From Tubiluchus corallicola (taxonomy: Eukaryota > Animalia > Priapulida): 64,000 nt of DNA. Positions within the stretch are counted from its first letter, which is position 1; every line of letters starts with the position of its first letter. This document shows positions 1 to 15,436 of this stretch, in pieces. Both the position numbers and the translations under genes were made by a program. The stretch is from NCBI GenBank assembly GCA_030141605.1, contig JAQGDQ010001019.1:5966-69965 (forward strand), in the 5' to 3' direction. The notes under the pieces are model-generated. The model was given only the letters and a program-made list of their open reading frames with translations. It was not told where the DNA came from and searched no databases.

Positions 1-425
1 TAAATCACATTGTTGGCAACAATGATGTTTTTATATGCTTCAAAAATTTGTGATTGTGATGTGAAATTGAAATGTGCTTTTATGATTTTAATGCACTTTT
101 AATGTTTGTCATTTTTGTAAATATTTAAACTAATTTATCTCTTAACAGGGACTAGGTAGCCTTGGCCTTTTATCCGTAATTGTTTATGTAACTTTTTTAG
201 CTGAAAAATGTAAATCCGTGCTGTATATACGGTTTATCCTGGTCTTATATTGTTACTTTCTTGTAAGTATCTTAAATACTTTTGAATGAAGATTACGTCT
301 TACGTAAGCAAAATGTAAAGTAAGTAAGTGTAAGCAAAATGTAAGTAAAATTTATACAATATATATTTTTTACTTTATCAGTCATATTTCTATTGCCCAT
401 TTCAACTTGATTACAATAAATCAGG

Positions 426-1103
426 TTAAAGGAAAGAACAACTCAGTATGTTGGGTTTATCTTACTGCTATCACTTAAACTGTTTATGGTGTGCTAAAGG
501 AAAGGACAAGTCGCTCAGTACGATGGGTTTATTTTACTGTTATCACTTAAACTGTTTGTGGTGTGCTAAAGGAAAGAACAAGTCACTCAGCACGTTGGGT
601 TTATCTTACTGCTATCGTTTAAACTTAGAAAAATATAACAAAGAAATTTGCAATAAACTCTCTATAGAGCAGAAAGCTACTGCACAAAAATTTCAGGCGC
701 ATTGATGGACGCCGTTCACTTGAAGATTATGACGTAACTAGTGGGCGTCGTGACTTTTCGTAAGCGCCTCCTGGTTTTCCGTAAGCTTACGTAAGAATTC
801 TGCAGCTTACCAATTGTTCATGCAAAAAAAACCCACAAAATTAGCTATCTAATTTTTTGTAAAAAACTTATCATACTTTTGAAAGAAATTGACACTGCGC
901 TGCTTTTTCTTGTGCCGATGAATGACGTCATTGGTGGAAGATTGGCCGTTCAAAATGGGAGCACTCAAGCGTGAAATGATCGTGACTTTAAAGCAACGTT
1001 ACTAATATACGATACGCTTGCCGAACTTTTCTTACTAAATCCTTCTAACATTTTTCCCGAAGATCGAAAAATAGCTTTCCGACAGGCTTGACTTCTCCTT
1101 TAA
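426..1103. mobile_element. Non-autonomous TTAA-flanked DNA transposon (Kolobok/T2-MITE-like)
   Basis: Begins TTAA|AGGAAAGAACAA and ends TTGACTTCTCCT|TTAA (imperfect ~12-bp TIR, TTAA target duplication). The same left terminus recurs at 7821-7905 and internal sequence recurs at ~35360-35520. Confidence 0.6.
427..627 (+). repeat. Three tandem ~72-bp copies of the MITE left terminus
   Basis: Unit TAAAGGAAAGRACAA...CTCAGYAYGWTGGGTTTATYTTACTGYTATCRYTTAAAC starts at ~427, 495 and 567. This explains the repetitive ORF 448..705. Confidence 0.85.
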
Positions 1104-1789
1104 TTTAAACAATGCTGCTAAACTGCCAGTCAACGTGCATTGCTGTCAAAGTTACAAGTATTTGCAAACAGATACACGTGCCTGTCACGTGATATGCTAA
1201 TGACTTCCGTCTACTAGAGCAATAATGTCCTCTGTCCACTGGTGATCACGTCCCTTGGGGGTCATTAAGCAATTACTAAAATAAACAAACTGACCAGTGG
1301 CCACTCTAGTAGCTAGTCTACAGTGACACGAATTTGTGAAGGGAAAATAAGGCTGGAGATCAAAATATCAGAAACTGTAAACACTAACGATGTAAGTAAA
1401 TAATTGTAAGTAAGAAGAAGAAGAAAGAAGAAGAGGAAGAACAAAGAAGATAAGAAACTAAAAAGTGAAAACTAACAAACGAAGAAACAAACAAACAAAC
1501 AACTAAATAAATAAAATGGCAAGCAAAGGAGAAAAAAGTAAATAATCAATGGAACGATCGACAAACAAATGGATGACCCAACGAAAAACACAACTAATTA
1601 AAATTAAACCGAATAAAAATAAAAAAAAGATTTGAAAAATAAATAAATGCTGTAGGAATAAATATGTTAACAAATAAATAAAAAATAAATAAATAAATAA
1701 ACAAGCGAGATCAGTAGCAATTAAATAAATAAACATATTAAAATAAATAAAGTGAAGAAATAATTGAAGTAAAATAAAATGATGTGAGC

Positions 1790-2140
1790 TATGAGTGAAT
1801 GAATGAATGAATGAACGAATTAACGAATGAATGAATAAATGAATGAATGAGTGAACGAATGAATGAATGAGTGAATGAATGAATGAATGAATGAATGAGT
1901 GGGCGAATGAATGAATGAATGAATGAATGAATGAATGAATGAGTGGGTGAATGAATGAATGAATCAGTGAATGAATGAATGAATGAGTGAATGAATGAAT
2001 GAATGAATGAATGAATGAATGAATGAATAAATGAATGAATGAATGAATGAATGAATGTATGAGTGGGTGAATAAATGAATGAATCAGTGAATGAATGAAT
2101 GAATGAGTAAATGAATGAATGAATGAATGAATGAATGAAT
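1790..2140. repeat. (TGAA)n microsatellite
   Basis: Direct reading. Confidence 0.97.
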
Positions 2141-2540
2141 GGATAGGTTATAAAAAATAATAGGTTATAAAAACTATTATTTAGCATAATTATTCTAATT
2201 TTAAGCTAAAAAGTGTGTTAATAACATCAATGCAATTATCTCTAATTAGTGGCTAATTATCCATATCAAACGTTAACGTTAATTAGTATGACTTTGTGCA
2301 ATAGGTTCATGTAAATCATTAAATTAGACGCCATATACAAACAAAATCTTTTAATAAGGTTTATTAAAAAGTTGTATAAGATATTATGTTAGGATAATTT
2401 GAGACTAATTAATTAACGTTGGCCGTAACGATGAGACTCGCTTCGTAATTTGTGAAAATTTAGATCTAATTAAAACCTTGAGAAGCATCTTTTCAAACGC
2501 TACAGTTTAGTTTACGGCAGTACCAACAAGGAAAACAGTT

Positions 2541-2719
<179 letters not shown>

Positions 2720-3742
2720 CACAATGGCGTCATCGTTGCCATATTTGTTATAACAATCAGTAATAAATATATCACACATTTTTCAACATGGAATAACATT
2801 TATTTGGCAGAAGAATAAAAAAAACTGGATAGTTGCCTTTAACTACAGTTAGTACCTATTAAGTTTGGAGATAGCTTTGTCTCTTAACGTGGAGAAAAAC
2901 TAACTTCCCTTTAACTACAGTTAGTACATTTTAAGTTTAGTGACAGTTTTGCCTCTTAACGTGGGGAAAAACTAACTTCCCTTCCCGTGACAGTTTTGCC
3001 TCTCAACGTGAAGAAGGACCTGCTCCGTCAACTACCACGGTCGTCAGATCTTTGCCAATGAGTTATTTCCTGCCTTGGACTTTACACCAGGCCTCTTCAT
3101 GAAACAGTTACAAGGTTGATGATACGATAAGACAGGTTTCCTATGTACATACTTGCACAATAAAACTACAAAAGTGATCATGTACACATTTTTACATATT
3201 TCGTATAGTTATTTATGCAGAGCAAATATTAATTTTCTTACTTCGGTAATGAGTTTTGGACAAACTTGAAGCTAACTTTTGTGAACGACTGTAAGCTATA
3301 CAGTGTTTATTAAAATACAACTAATAGCTATACAAATACCGTGTTTTTATTCATTTTTAATTCATGGGGCCAAATTTTGGTGTTTCTAGCGGCAGTGTTG
3401 CCAGTCTAGAGACAGGCGAATCAGGCCACTATTTTCTGTGTCACACCATTGAGGGGAGCGAAATGTGATCGAGTACTCCATATGTTTGTAAAACGATTCT
3501 TGTTTGGTTTCGTGCAAATAAAAACTCACACATGTTATGCTGATACCAAAAACTTGTGGCTTGGGACCCATGGGTAATGTATGCAGATGATGTAGTAGTG
3601 TGGTTTGTGTGCTGTATCAGTCCAAGCGTCTGCTAGCAGCACATATCTGTTTTTGTTTTTTTGTCTGTCAGACGGTATATGGTCAGTGTTTACTACAGTC
3701 CGTAGTGTTGGGTAAAACAAAGCAAATAGATTCACACGTTAG

Positions 3743-3946
3743 GCGTGAAAACTGGAGATGTTGAAAAATGCGTCGTATTATCACGATGCGTGAAAATTGA
3801 AGATGTTGAAAAATGCGTCGTACTGTCGCTATGCGTGAAAACTGAAGATAAAACTGCGTCGTAATATCACGATGCGTGAAAATTGAAGATGTTGAAAAAT
3901 GCGTCGCATCATTACGATGCGTGAAAATTGGAGATGTTGAAAAATA
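3743..3946. repeat. 45-bp minisatellite, ~5 copies
   Basis: GCGTGAAAATTGAAGATGTTGAAAAATGCGTCG... at 3743, 3788, 3833, ~3874 and ~3919. Confidence 0.9.
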
Positions 3947-4394
3947 CATTGTCTTTGACACTGCAGATACAAAAATGAATATAAGAATTAACTAACAAAT
4001 AAATTAGTAAGAAACAAGTAATAATAATAATGAACAATATTAATAATATATTATAATAAATGAATAAACAAATAATTCATTAAATAGATAAATGAACAAG
4101 TAGATAAATAAATGAATAAAAAATAAACGAATGAATGAATGAGCGGGTGAACGAACAAACAAACAGCTAAACAAATGATGAATGAATGAACGAACAGAAT
4201 TAATAAATAAATAAATATAAACATAATTTAATTGGTTACATAACCAAAGGAATAATGAAGATAAGCAAATGGACAAACAAACAAAGACGTAAATAAATAA
4301 TATGATAAAAAATCGATTCATAAAACAAAAATAAGTAAGAAATAAATCACTAAGTAAATGAACAAATTGGGACATAAATAAACAAGTAAATAAA

Positions 4395-4660
<266 letters not shown>

Positions 4661-5454
4661 AAACCTTAAATTCAAACAAGCTGTTTATCATCATCCCCAA
4701 TTAAAATCAAGCAAATCTTTCAATACACGAAAAATTTATTTGCTAATTGAAAAGTTAAAACGAAATAGGTTATTTTTTTTTACTTCAACACACGCATCGC
4801 GACATGATGATCTGCATTTGCACTTTAAAGAAAACCTCTTCAATAAAAAATGCCCCCCCGACTTCTCTTTCCCACACTCACTGATTGACGCAACTGCGTG
4901 ATAGGGGGTCATTACGAAATTATCAAAAATATCTCGATTCTGAATTCAGGATTTTTCTCATGAATCGTCTTTTTTATACACCAATCGACTTTGAATGGCA
5001 TCAACAAAGTGCGAAATTCCTCCAAAGAGTCTGGGCACCTCTTATCAACACCAGCATCTGCCAAGGAATGAAAGAGGTACTTTCCTGTCTGTGTCGGAGC
5101 TGCCAAGAAAATGGGAGACCTGCTTCTTCCTGAAGATGATGATTGTTCAAATTTGAAAGAATGAGGAAAACGGGGAAAGTTCTCACGAATTTCTTTTCTT
5201 TTTGCTCTCTTTGCGTGTTGCCTAAGAAACAAAAATAATTTCCTTTCAAGGATAAAGTACCTGGGCGAGGGTTTTCTCTGTTTTGGCAAAAAATTAAAAT
5301 TCTTGCGTTGAAGTCTTGAGCATTTCTGAGATAAATTTGTAATTAGTTCACCGATTTAACGTACGATGACGCCACTATTGTATTTATATGAACAACAATT
5401 CAAGCACGTGTTTGTATTGTTTTATCAGCGTCATTCCGGCCGTGGAGGAAAGAG

Positions 5455-5995
5455 GAAATGTAAGTACTTAGGCAGTCTTCTTGCAACAGATGAAGATATA
5501 TCAAGAAGAAAAATCTTAGCCTTATCTACATATTTCAAAATAACAAAAAATCTATGAAAGTAAGAAGTCAGTCTAGAAACAAAATTAAGAGTCTTTACTG
5601 CACTTATGGAAACTGTGTTTCGCTACGACTCAGTATTACGGACAATTAAAGCACAACACAAATCAGAAATTGATACATTTCAATGGAGAAACTACGGGAA
5701 CATTCCACGAATAAAATGGCCAAAGAAAATATCAAACCAGGATCTGTGTAATAATAAAGTTACAGCAGAGGAATGGACAATTAAAATCAAAAGGAAAAGA
5801 TTAAGATGGATAGGACATGTCATACGACTACCAGATGAAAGTCCATTAAAATTAACTTTCAAAGAAGCAGTGCAGAAAGAAAAGAAACCACAAGGAGGAC
5901 AGCTGCTGACTTACATCAATTTCATCAAAAAAAATCAAAAGTGACCAGGAGGATCATGTCAGATGACGAGTGACTCCAGAGATGACGACGATGAT
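5455..5995 (+). mobile_element. 5'-truncated, frameshifted RTE-clade LINE (end of RT and C-terminal region)
   Basis: Frames give KYLGSLL..EDISRRK, then KVSLETKLRVF..Y..EIDTFQ..IKWPKKISNQDL..IKRKRLRWIGHVIRLPDES..KPQGG, which are typical RTE ORF C-terminal motifs (KYLGS, RLRWxGHVxR). A short GAT/GAC tail lies at ~5981-5995. Confidence 0.85.
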
Positions 5996-6137
5996 TCTGT
6001 CCGTTCATAACATTCATTAAAATTAGTTTTTAATAATATTTGCGTCTTTACATGTATATACGTCAGCATTATCAATAATAAAACATTGCGCACTAAGAAA
6101 CGTTTTTTAACTTTGCACCACTTGCAAATATTACAAG

Positions 6138-6790
6138 AGGAAGACAGGATGATTTTTCATATACTACCCCATTTACAAGTTTGATAAAAAGTAGACATTT
6201 TAACACAATTAATACTGCAAAAGCGTTTCTGATAATTACAAATTTAATTAACGGCAGGCGACGCCAACATAATTTTGAACATCAAAAATATTCCACGAGG
6301 GTGTTGCACGTGTTTGCAAAAGTGAATATTGAGGTGCAGTGCTACTGTAAAATATTCAGTGTGTTGTACTAAAACTTGGGAAGTTTTAAGATAAAAATTC
6401 AAATTTCAAATTTACCGCTGTGCTCACGCATGAGCTGTGGAACGTATACAGTACGTGCAGAAACTAACACAACTGAACTGAGGGGTACCTGTTTTTGTAC
6501 GGGTTTTACACGTCAAATGTAGACACAGGAAAGTTCAAATGTGACTTAGGTGAGATACCAATGTCACATTTGACTTGACACGTGTCTAGATTTGACTTAC
6601 CAAAAGCGCTTAAGATTTCTTGAAAACCATTGTTAACACATATGAACTACCTATCTACATTTGAGTTACCAAGACACATTTGAATTACCTAAATCTACAT
6701 TTGAGTTAACGCAGGTCTTCATTTGACATGTAAAACCTATATAATGCGTTTCCGAAATGCAGGCATTAGTGCCCGTCTAACCAGCGAATA
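6138..6790 (+). mobile_element. Family A TTAA-AGG MITE copy, interrupted by a nested MITE
   Basis: Collinear with 14457-14934 and with the reverse complement of 41035-41463; similarity resumes at 6742 after the insertion. Confidence 0.8.
6498..6741. mobile_element. Nested TA-flanked MITE
   Basis: TACGGGTTTTACACGTCAAATGTAGAC ... GTCTTCATTTGACATGTAAAACCTATA terminal inverted repeats with internal ACATTTGA(G/A/C)TT subrepeats; absent from the other family A copies. Confidence 0.8.
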
Positions 6791-8736
6791 TTACCATTTG
6801 AAATTACAAGTTAAAAAGCTCGCTTAATTGCGTTAAATATTTATTCAGTAACAGAGTTGTAGGTTTTTGGAATAAACAACCACCATAATGTGAATGATAC
6901 TCTTGCTGACAATAGAAAATTATTTAAAAAACGGTTATGTCATGTTGATTTTAGCAAATTTTGACTTTTTAACAGACACTTGTAAGCAGCTATTTTAGTT
7001 CTTTGTGTTTTTACCGTAATCTTCTACTTATATTATCATCATCACTTTGTTTTAATTTGCACTGTTTTTGTAGTAGTTCTTTATTATTTTATTTCACTTT
7101 TTAACTGCCTTGTCACTAATGTATTACACCCTAAATATTACGAAATAAATGAACTAAAATAAAATAAATAAACAAATAGCGTAGATAACATAAATATAAT
7201 TTCTTAAATGGTTCAAGCGTAAAAGACTGCAAAAGCCAAATTTTTGCGTTTACTTAAAGATTGATACGGAATAAAGGAAAAGGATACCAATAAAATAACT
7301 CGCGTGGCCTATATAATGATTATAGTAAGTAAATTACACTTAGTCTACATGAGTAGGTATAGAGTAGGGGTGGTGCTTACGAAAACATTTTTCGTAAGTA
7401 TAGGTTAAAAAATTCGTCTTGAAACTTTGTGTGATTTACATGTTGTCTTGTTGCACGCAGGGCTTGCGTTGGTAACGCTGTTTAAAACTTGTAATGACCT
7501 TTAGGTGCAACCGTTTTAAACAAGTTTAGATAACATTGCAAACGTAAAAACACAATTACTGCTAATTACAAAAATTACTTTATATTGTGAATGAAATCAA
7601 TAATGTGTTTTTTTGTGAGTCAGTGGTGCACACTGGGATAGCGATGTAGCACGGTTGGTGCAAATATTTTAAACAACTGAGAATTTTCCTTTTCCAATTA
7701 CATGAGTCTTTCGAACAGGTAAGCATAATGTTAAGTAATATAACTTTCGTAGAACGTTTTTTAGGATTTTTTTTTAAATTTCTTTTTCTTCCTCTTTTAA
7801 TCCCATAATGCAAAGCGAAGTTAAAGGAATAAACAACTCACTCAGTCAGTCAGTATGCTGAGTTTATTTTACTGTTATCACTTAAACGTAGAAAAAATGT
7901 AACAAGTCTTTAAATTGTTCAAAAAAAATTACCGGGTACATGAGAAATAAACATTTGATTTTTATCATTTTAATTAGGATGTACTTTAACGTTCTTGGGA
8001 TGTAATGTTCTTGGGATGTACTTTAATGGTCTTTGGTATGTACTTTAAAAACTCCATTTGTTCCCTTTTTATGCATTAATTTATTTCGAAGTTAAAAACG
8101 TGTGAAATTCGGTTTTTTTTTCATTTGAACATGAACATGAACATAAACGTAAACGCAAACATAAACATAAACTTTAGCCAACATGTAACGTACTAACAAA
8201 CATTTTTATCTCCCAATTTGTTTCAACAAACTGCATATCATAACTTTTATAGCAATAACCATAAATCTTGACAAAAGTCTACCGTGAGAAAATACTTGAT
8301 TTCGCCTAAACCGCAACCCGCAGATGGCCATCAAGAGGACTCAAGGTATTATGAGACCTGAATTACGCAAATATCCCATAAATCCGTGCGTGTTTTTGCG
8401 CCGTTTTTGCAATGGTCTTTGTTGACAAAATTGTGCTAAGATTTTTACGCCAAGCTATGGCCACTCGTGAGAAAAAGTCACGGCCATTACGAGGCAACAG
8501 GCATTGACGTTTTCGGGAGTAAGTGGCTTTTTTTCAGGGAAGTCATTTCGGCTAGCCACGTCCGGAAAGCTGTCAAATAAAGCTTAAAATACTGCTACAC
8601 TTCAGGTAACAATTGACCCCATACTGCAGGTCACAACTTACGACTTTTTTATAAGTTATTTCGATAATGCTGTTGCATTAATGAGAAGTCTATTGGACTA
8701 GGCTCAAGCAAGGGTGGGTAAACCAAAGAGACATTA

Positions 8737-9219
8737 GTTTAAACATAATTTATTATAGAATTGGATTAGACAGTTTGAACAACATGATTTAGGATCCCCA
8801 CCACAACAGTCTATTCACACTATTTACAAAGAACATTTACAGTAAGAATAGACTATAACTACACAAGCTGACAAGTTTTACTACAAGATTACATTAGACA
8901 TCAGTAGAAAATGACGGTTAGAAAATATTAATGTACGAATATTTAATACTGATGCATTTCATATCAGATAGAAACTACTGGAAGCGTTTAGTACGTAATA
9001 CAAAGTCATGTATGCATTGAAATTTTATACAGTTAGCAACATAGTTAAATTCATCTTTTCCGAACAATAACAACTTCAACAGATCATTAGTTCCTAAGGC
9101 AGCTATATTAAGGTTTTCAAGCAGCAGTATTTCATTTAATTTATCAAACACAACAACTCTAGTTTGTTGATACAATGGGCAGTGCAACAAAAAGTGTTCA
9201 ACAGGCTCAAATCGTAAGG
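8737..9219 (-). mobile_element. 5'-truncated CR1/L2-group LINE 3' end with target-site duplication
   Basis: ORF end EPVEHFLLHCPLY..R..LLLFG..IHDFVLRTKRFQ* (HxxxxC zinc-knuckle half, terminal TKRF), then a 3' UTR ending AATAAATTATGTTTAAAC. Flanked by CCAAAGAGAC(A/G)TTA at 8723-8736 and 9220-9233. A second close copy is at 42104-42518. Confidence 0.8.
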
Positions 9220-10444
9220 CCAAAGAGACGTTAAACTTTTTTCACTCTCGGAATCTGTTTTATCATTAAAGGCCTGTACAACCCTAACAGATATTGAAAT
9301 TTTTTAATGCATTATTATGATTACACAAATAATTTATAGTTATTATTAAACAAAAGATGCTTGTAAATTAAATAATTTACCTTTTTCTGGTGAATTTCGT
9401 TCTGGTGCATTGCCGTGAACATCGCCATGTTTCACGTCTTTGGCGAGAGTGAGCAAGAACAACGTACGTGGTACGGAAAGCGTCCTTGGTTACTGCTGTT
9501 TGTTTAGTGACCTCGTGTTAGTGTTACCTCGTGACTATACTCATTACGTCATTCATCTCACACAATGAAAAATGGCGATTCTTCAAAATCAAAAGATTTT
9601 ACAGTAAGTTTATAATAAAATAGATTGAATATTCATAAGGTATTCATAAGACCGTAGGATTTTAAGTTGTAAAAGTTTATATTACAGTGAGGGTTTTTAG
9701 TTTGACTTTAAATTTAATTAAACAGCATAATTAACGTTATTATGCCCCGGTAATTACTTACTGTCTGACTAAAAGCCCGTGGGACCTGTTTTTGTACGAC
9801 ATAAGGCACAGGACAGAGGAGTAACTGATTATTCCTGTTTGATAGAGATCATATTCAATGCACATTACTTGTTTTTATGCTAATCTGGCCTAAGATGTAG
9901 TAATGAGTATCAGAAAAGAGAGCGTAGCCGTCACATTTTTAACACCTATTGATGCAATCACTAAAAAGTACGTCAGAGATGAAAGATGAACCCCAATTTT
10001 GGACTCCTCTAGTGCACTTTCCTATCAGTCAGTAATATATATTTCTCATCTAGGAGCAATGGTTTAGGAGATGTACTTGATTTTACGCCTCGGTAGGCGC
10101 CATCTTGGATTTATGCGCATATCTCAAAAGTGCCAAAGTCAAATTTGGCCGTTTTTTGTTGAGGGCACCTGAGACCATGTTCTAACAGAACCTGAAGAAA
10201 AAGGTTCTTTCCAATTTGCTCTGGGTTGCTTGCTACCTTTACCCGTCTAACAAGTTCAAGGCCTTCACGTATAGGCCTAATCCAAACAAAGTCTTATGGT
10301 GTTTTTGTTGTATTGTGCTGAATAGGCGGATATTTTAATTTAAATCTTTAGCCAAAAATTAGGCCTACGATTAATGCCGTAGATTTACTGCTGTTGATGT
10401 CACACTTAATTAAATATTGATACGGAAGAAAGGAAATGCGAAAA

Positions 10445-10515
10445 GTTGTGTAGTAGTCTGGAATTGAACCGGGGACTTCGTGTTTACAAGACCGATGCCA
10501 TAAACTACTAGGTCA
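10445..10515 (-). pseudogene. Degenerate tRNA-derived sequence
   Basis: Minus strand reads TAGTAGTTTATGGCATCGGTCTTGTAAACACGAAGTCCCCGGTTCAATTCCAGACTAC: B box GGTTCAATTCC and an anticodon-like loop, but imperfect stems. Confidence 0.6.
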
Positions 10516-10590
10516 TCGAATTTTCTAGTGATTGTGGCAGTCTTACACAGCTCTCACGTGATGGCGTTTAGACTGAGATATTCACCGGAA

Positions 10591-10662
10591 AGCACAGCTG
10601 CGTAGTGGTTATCCCGTTGGCTTTATAAGCTGAAGGTCCATGGTTCAAATCCACCCTGTGTC
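10591..10662 (+). pseudogene. Degenerate tRNA-derived sequence
   Basis: GCACAGCTGCGTAGTGGTT...GGTCCATGGTTCAAATCCACCCTGTGTCA: A-box-like TAGTGGTT, B box GGTTCAAATCC, acceptor-like GCACAG/CTGTGT pairing. Confidence 0.65.
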
Positions 10663-10799
10663 AGAACTTTTCACATTTCTTAGTTTTCAAGTTCGGTATG
10701 AAAATGTGATTAATTTTTCATCAATTTAGTTAATTGTATCCTCTTGCTGACCTTATTGTACGTGACTGTCTCAATAATGATAGCAGTGACGTTAGTAAC

Positions 10800-10933
10800 G
10801 ATGATTATGATGATGATAAATAAAAACAAGATGATGATAACGGTGACGACAATCGTCGGAATCATGCATGCTAATTAAAATAATAATGATACTAATTGTG
10901 ATGGTGATGATGATGATGGTGATGAGATGCTGG

Positions 10934-10964
<31 letters not shown>

Positions 10965-11144
10965 GATGAAGATGATGATGAAGATGATGACGAAGAAGAA
11001 GAAGAAGAAGAAGAAGAAGAAGATGATGATGATGATGATGATGAAGATGATGAAGATGATGATGGCGATGATGATGATGATGACGATGACGATGACGACG
11101 ACGACGATGATGATCATGATGATGATGAAGAAGAAGAAGAAGAA

Positions 11145-11190
<46 letters not shown>

Positions 11191-11270
11191 GTGATGATGA
11201 CGCAAAAGGAAATGATAAAAACATAAAATGATCATACAATGACAGTGGCAATGACGATGATGACGACGAC
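10800..11270. repeat. (GAT/GAA/GAC)n compound microsatellite
   Basis: Direct reading; a similar tract is at 15143-15460. Confidence 0.95.
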
Positions 11271-11949
11271 TTCGGAAAGGTCGGCGCGACGACATATTCT
11301 ATGAAAATGATGACAAAACAAAGGCTAGCATTCAAAACGTTACACTCGCTTCCATACAAAGCGCTGTTTGCTACACCACAAGATCTGGAACCGCCCTCTG
11401 GTTATTGAATATTGGCAGAAATTTGCATGTTAAGCATTCTCGCGAAATATTTTTATATTAGGACGAACGCTCTCGGGTCACCTACCGCAAAGACCGCCCA
11501 CGTGGTTGGCTATCGATCATCAACACTCGATAGTGACGTCACAGAAAATTGTAAACATTAAATCTCAGATTGTTTCTTTCTCCGTTTGCCTTCCCTACTT
11601 TTTCCATTTATATTCATGTTTTACTTTGAAATGTTTTTTCGTTCTTCTTCTTCTTCTTCTTCTTCTTCTTCTTCTTCTTCTTCTTCTTCAGGCTTTAAGT
11701 CCCCATTTTTGCACTTTACTGTTCACGAAGCTTTCAAATGTTTTTGTTCACTGTTAACTGTAACACGTAAAACGTAGTAATTTCGTAGTTACTGACAAAT
11801 TGCTGACATTGTATTATGTAGTATATATTAATGTTATCTATTACGCGTCATGCAATAATAGTGAAAAGGCAGAAAGCATACAATATTTTACATCTGGTGC
11901 ATCCAAATTAATACTGTAAATTTTGTTTGTAGATAGATAAAGTGATTTG

Positions 11950-13924
<1,975 letters not shown>

Positions 13925-14456
13925 TTCTCGAGATATTCAGCAACATAACTCCTTGCTTTTCCACACAATTAACCAGCTAGGAAAAACTCTTCATTTCAAA
14001 GCCCCATTGTGTTCGCCTCTTTCTTTGCAAAAATTCCACCTCTTGGCGCGGTTATAACCGCAGAAGAATGGGTTGCTTCACACAAGGTGCTTTTGTCATG
14101 CCCTCTTGCTGTAGAATGTTGTAATACCAAACTGCATATGCCTGTAGATACTGTATCATACAAACTAACCTTCTATATAAGTAAGACGTATAATCTATCT
14201 TATAAGAACATAGAATATGCAGACATAACTTAGTTTAAAGGAAGATATTTCAGAATTGGCTAATGTATCGAGACAGCATAAAGCCGATTACGGAAAACTA
14301 CTTACGGAGCCCCCAGCTGGTAATTATGCAATGTAAAAACAATGGTTAGTAGAATAATATTAAAATGAAGTTAATAATTTATAACATTTTTAAACTATCT
14401 GACATAATGTAATTATCACAGAACTAAAATGTGATTGAAAAATTTCTAGATTTTAT

Positions 14457-14934
14457 TTAAAGGAAGCCAAGATGATTTTACATATACCACCCCATTTTCA
14501 AGTCTGATAAAAAGTATACATTTTAACACGATTAATACTGGAAAAGCGTTTCTGATAATTGAATAATAGATTAAAAACTTAATTAATGGCAGGCGAGCCC
14601 AACTATTAATGACATCACAAACTAACATGATTTTCAACAGCAGAAATATTCCACGAGCATGTTGCACGTGTCTGCGAAAGGGAAAATTGAAGTACAGTGC
14701 TACTGTAAGATATTCAGTGTGTTGTACTAAAGCTAGGTATGTTTTAAGATAAAAATTCAAATTTCTAATTTCAAATGGTGCTCACGCATGAGCTGTCGAA
14801 CTTGTGCAGTTCGTCATAAACTAACACATCTGAACTGAGAGGTACAGCACCTGTTTTTTGAGCAATGGATTTCCGAAATGCAGGTGCTAATGCTAGTCTA
14901 ACTAGCGAATGGCGAAATGCATTTAACAGCGAAC
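14457..14934 (+). mobile_element. Family A TTAA-AGG MITE, left part
   Basis: Starts TTAA|AGGAAG; collinear with 6138-6790 and with the reverse complements of 41035-41463 and 20160-20335. Confidence 0.8.
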
Positions 14935-15403
14935 GTGAAATTATGATGGCGACGACGATGATGATGATGATGATTTGGGAAGGAAAATAAAAGTCATCAT
15001 TATCCTCTCCTTGTCTCGAATGCTTTTATGGTAGATTTACCCACTTATGTGGAATGCACTTTATAATGTGTGAAAATCTCATGTGTAAATGTAATAGTTT
15101 TAAATCATTGAATAAATAAATAAATTGTAAAATACTAGCAAAATGATGATGATGATGATGATGATGCTGATGATGATGATAGTGACAATGACAACGACGA
15201 TTATGATGATGATGATGATGATGACGATGATGATGAAGATGAAGATGATGACGATGACGATGACGACGACGACGACGACTATGATTATGATGATGATTGA
15301 CAATGATGATGATGATAATGATGAAGATAGTGACAATGACGACAACGACGATGATTATGATGATGATTGACAATGATAATGATGACGATGATGCTGATGA
15401 CGC

Positions 15404-15436
<33 letters not shown>

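Noticed and set aside
4885-5289. Overlapping 82-125 aa ORFs
   Set aside because: No recognisable domain or consistent exon structure.
10445-10662. Functional tRNA genes
   Set aside because: Cloverleaf stems are broken; treated as tRNA-derived repeats.
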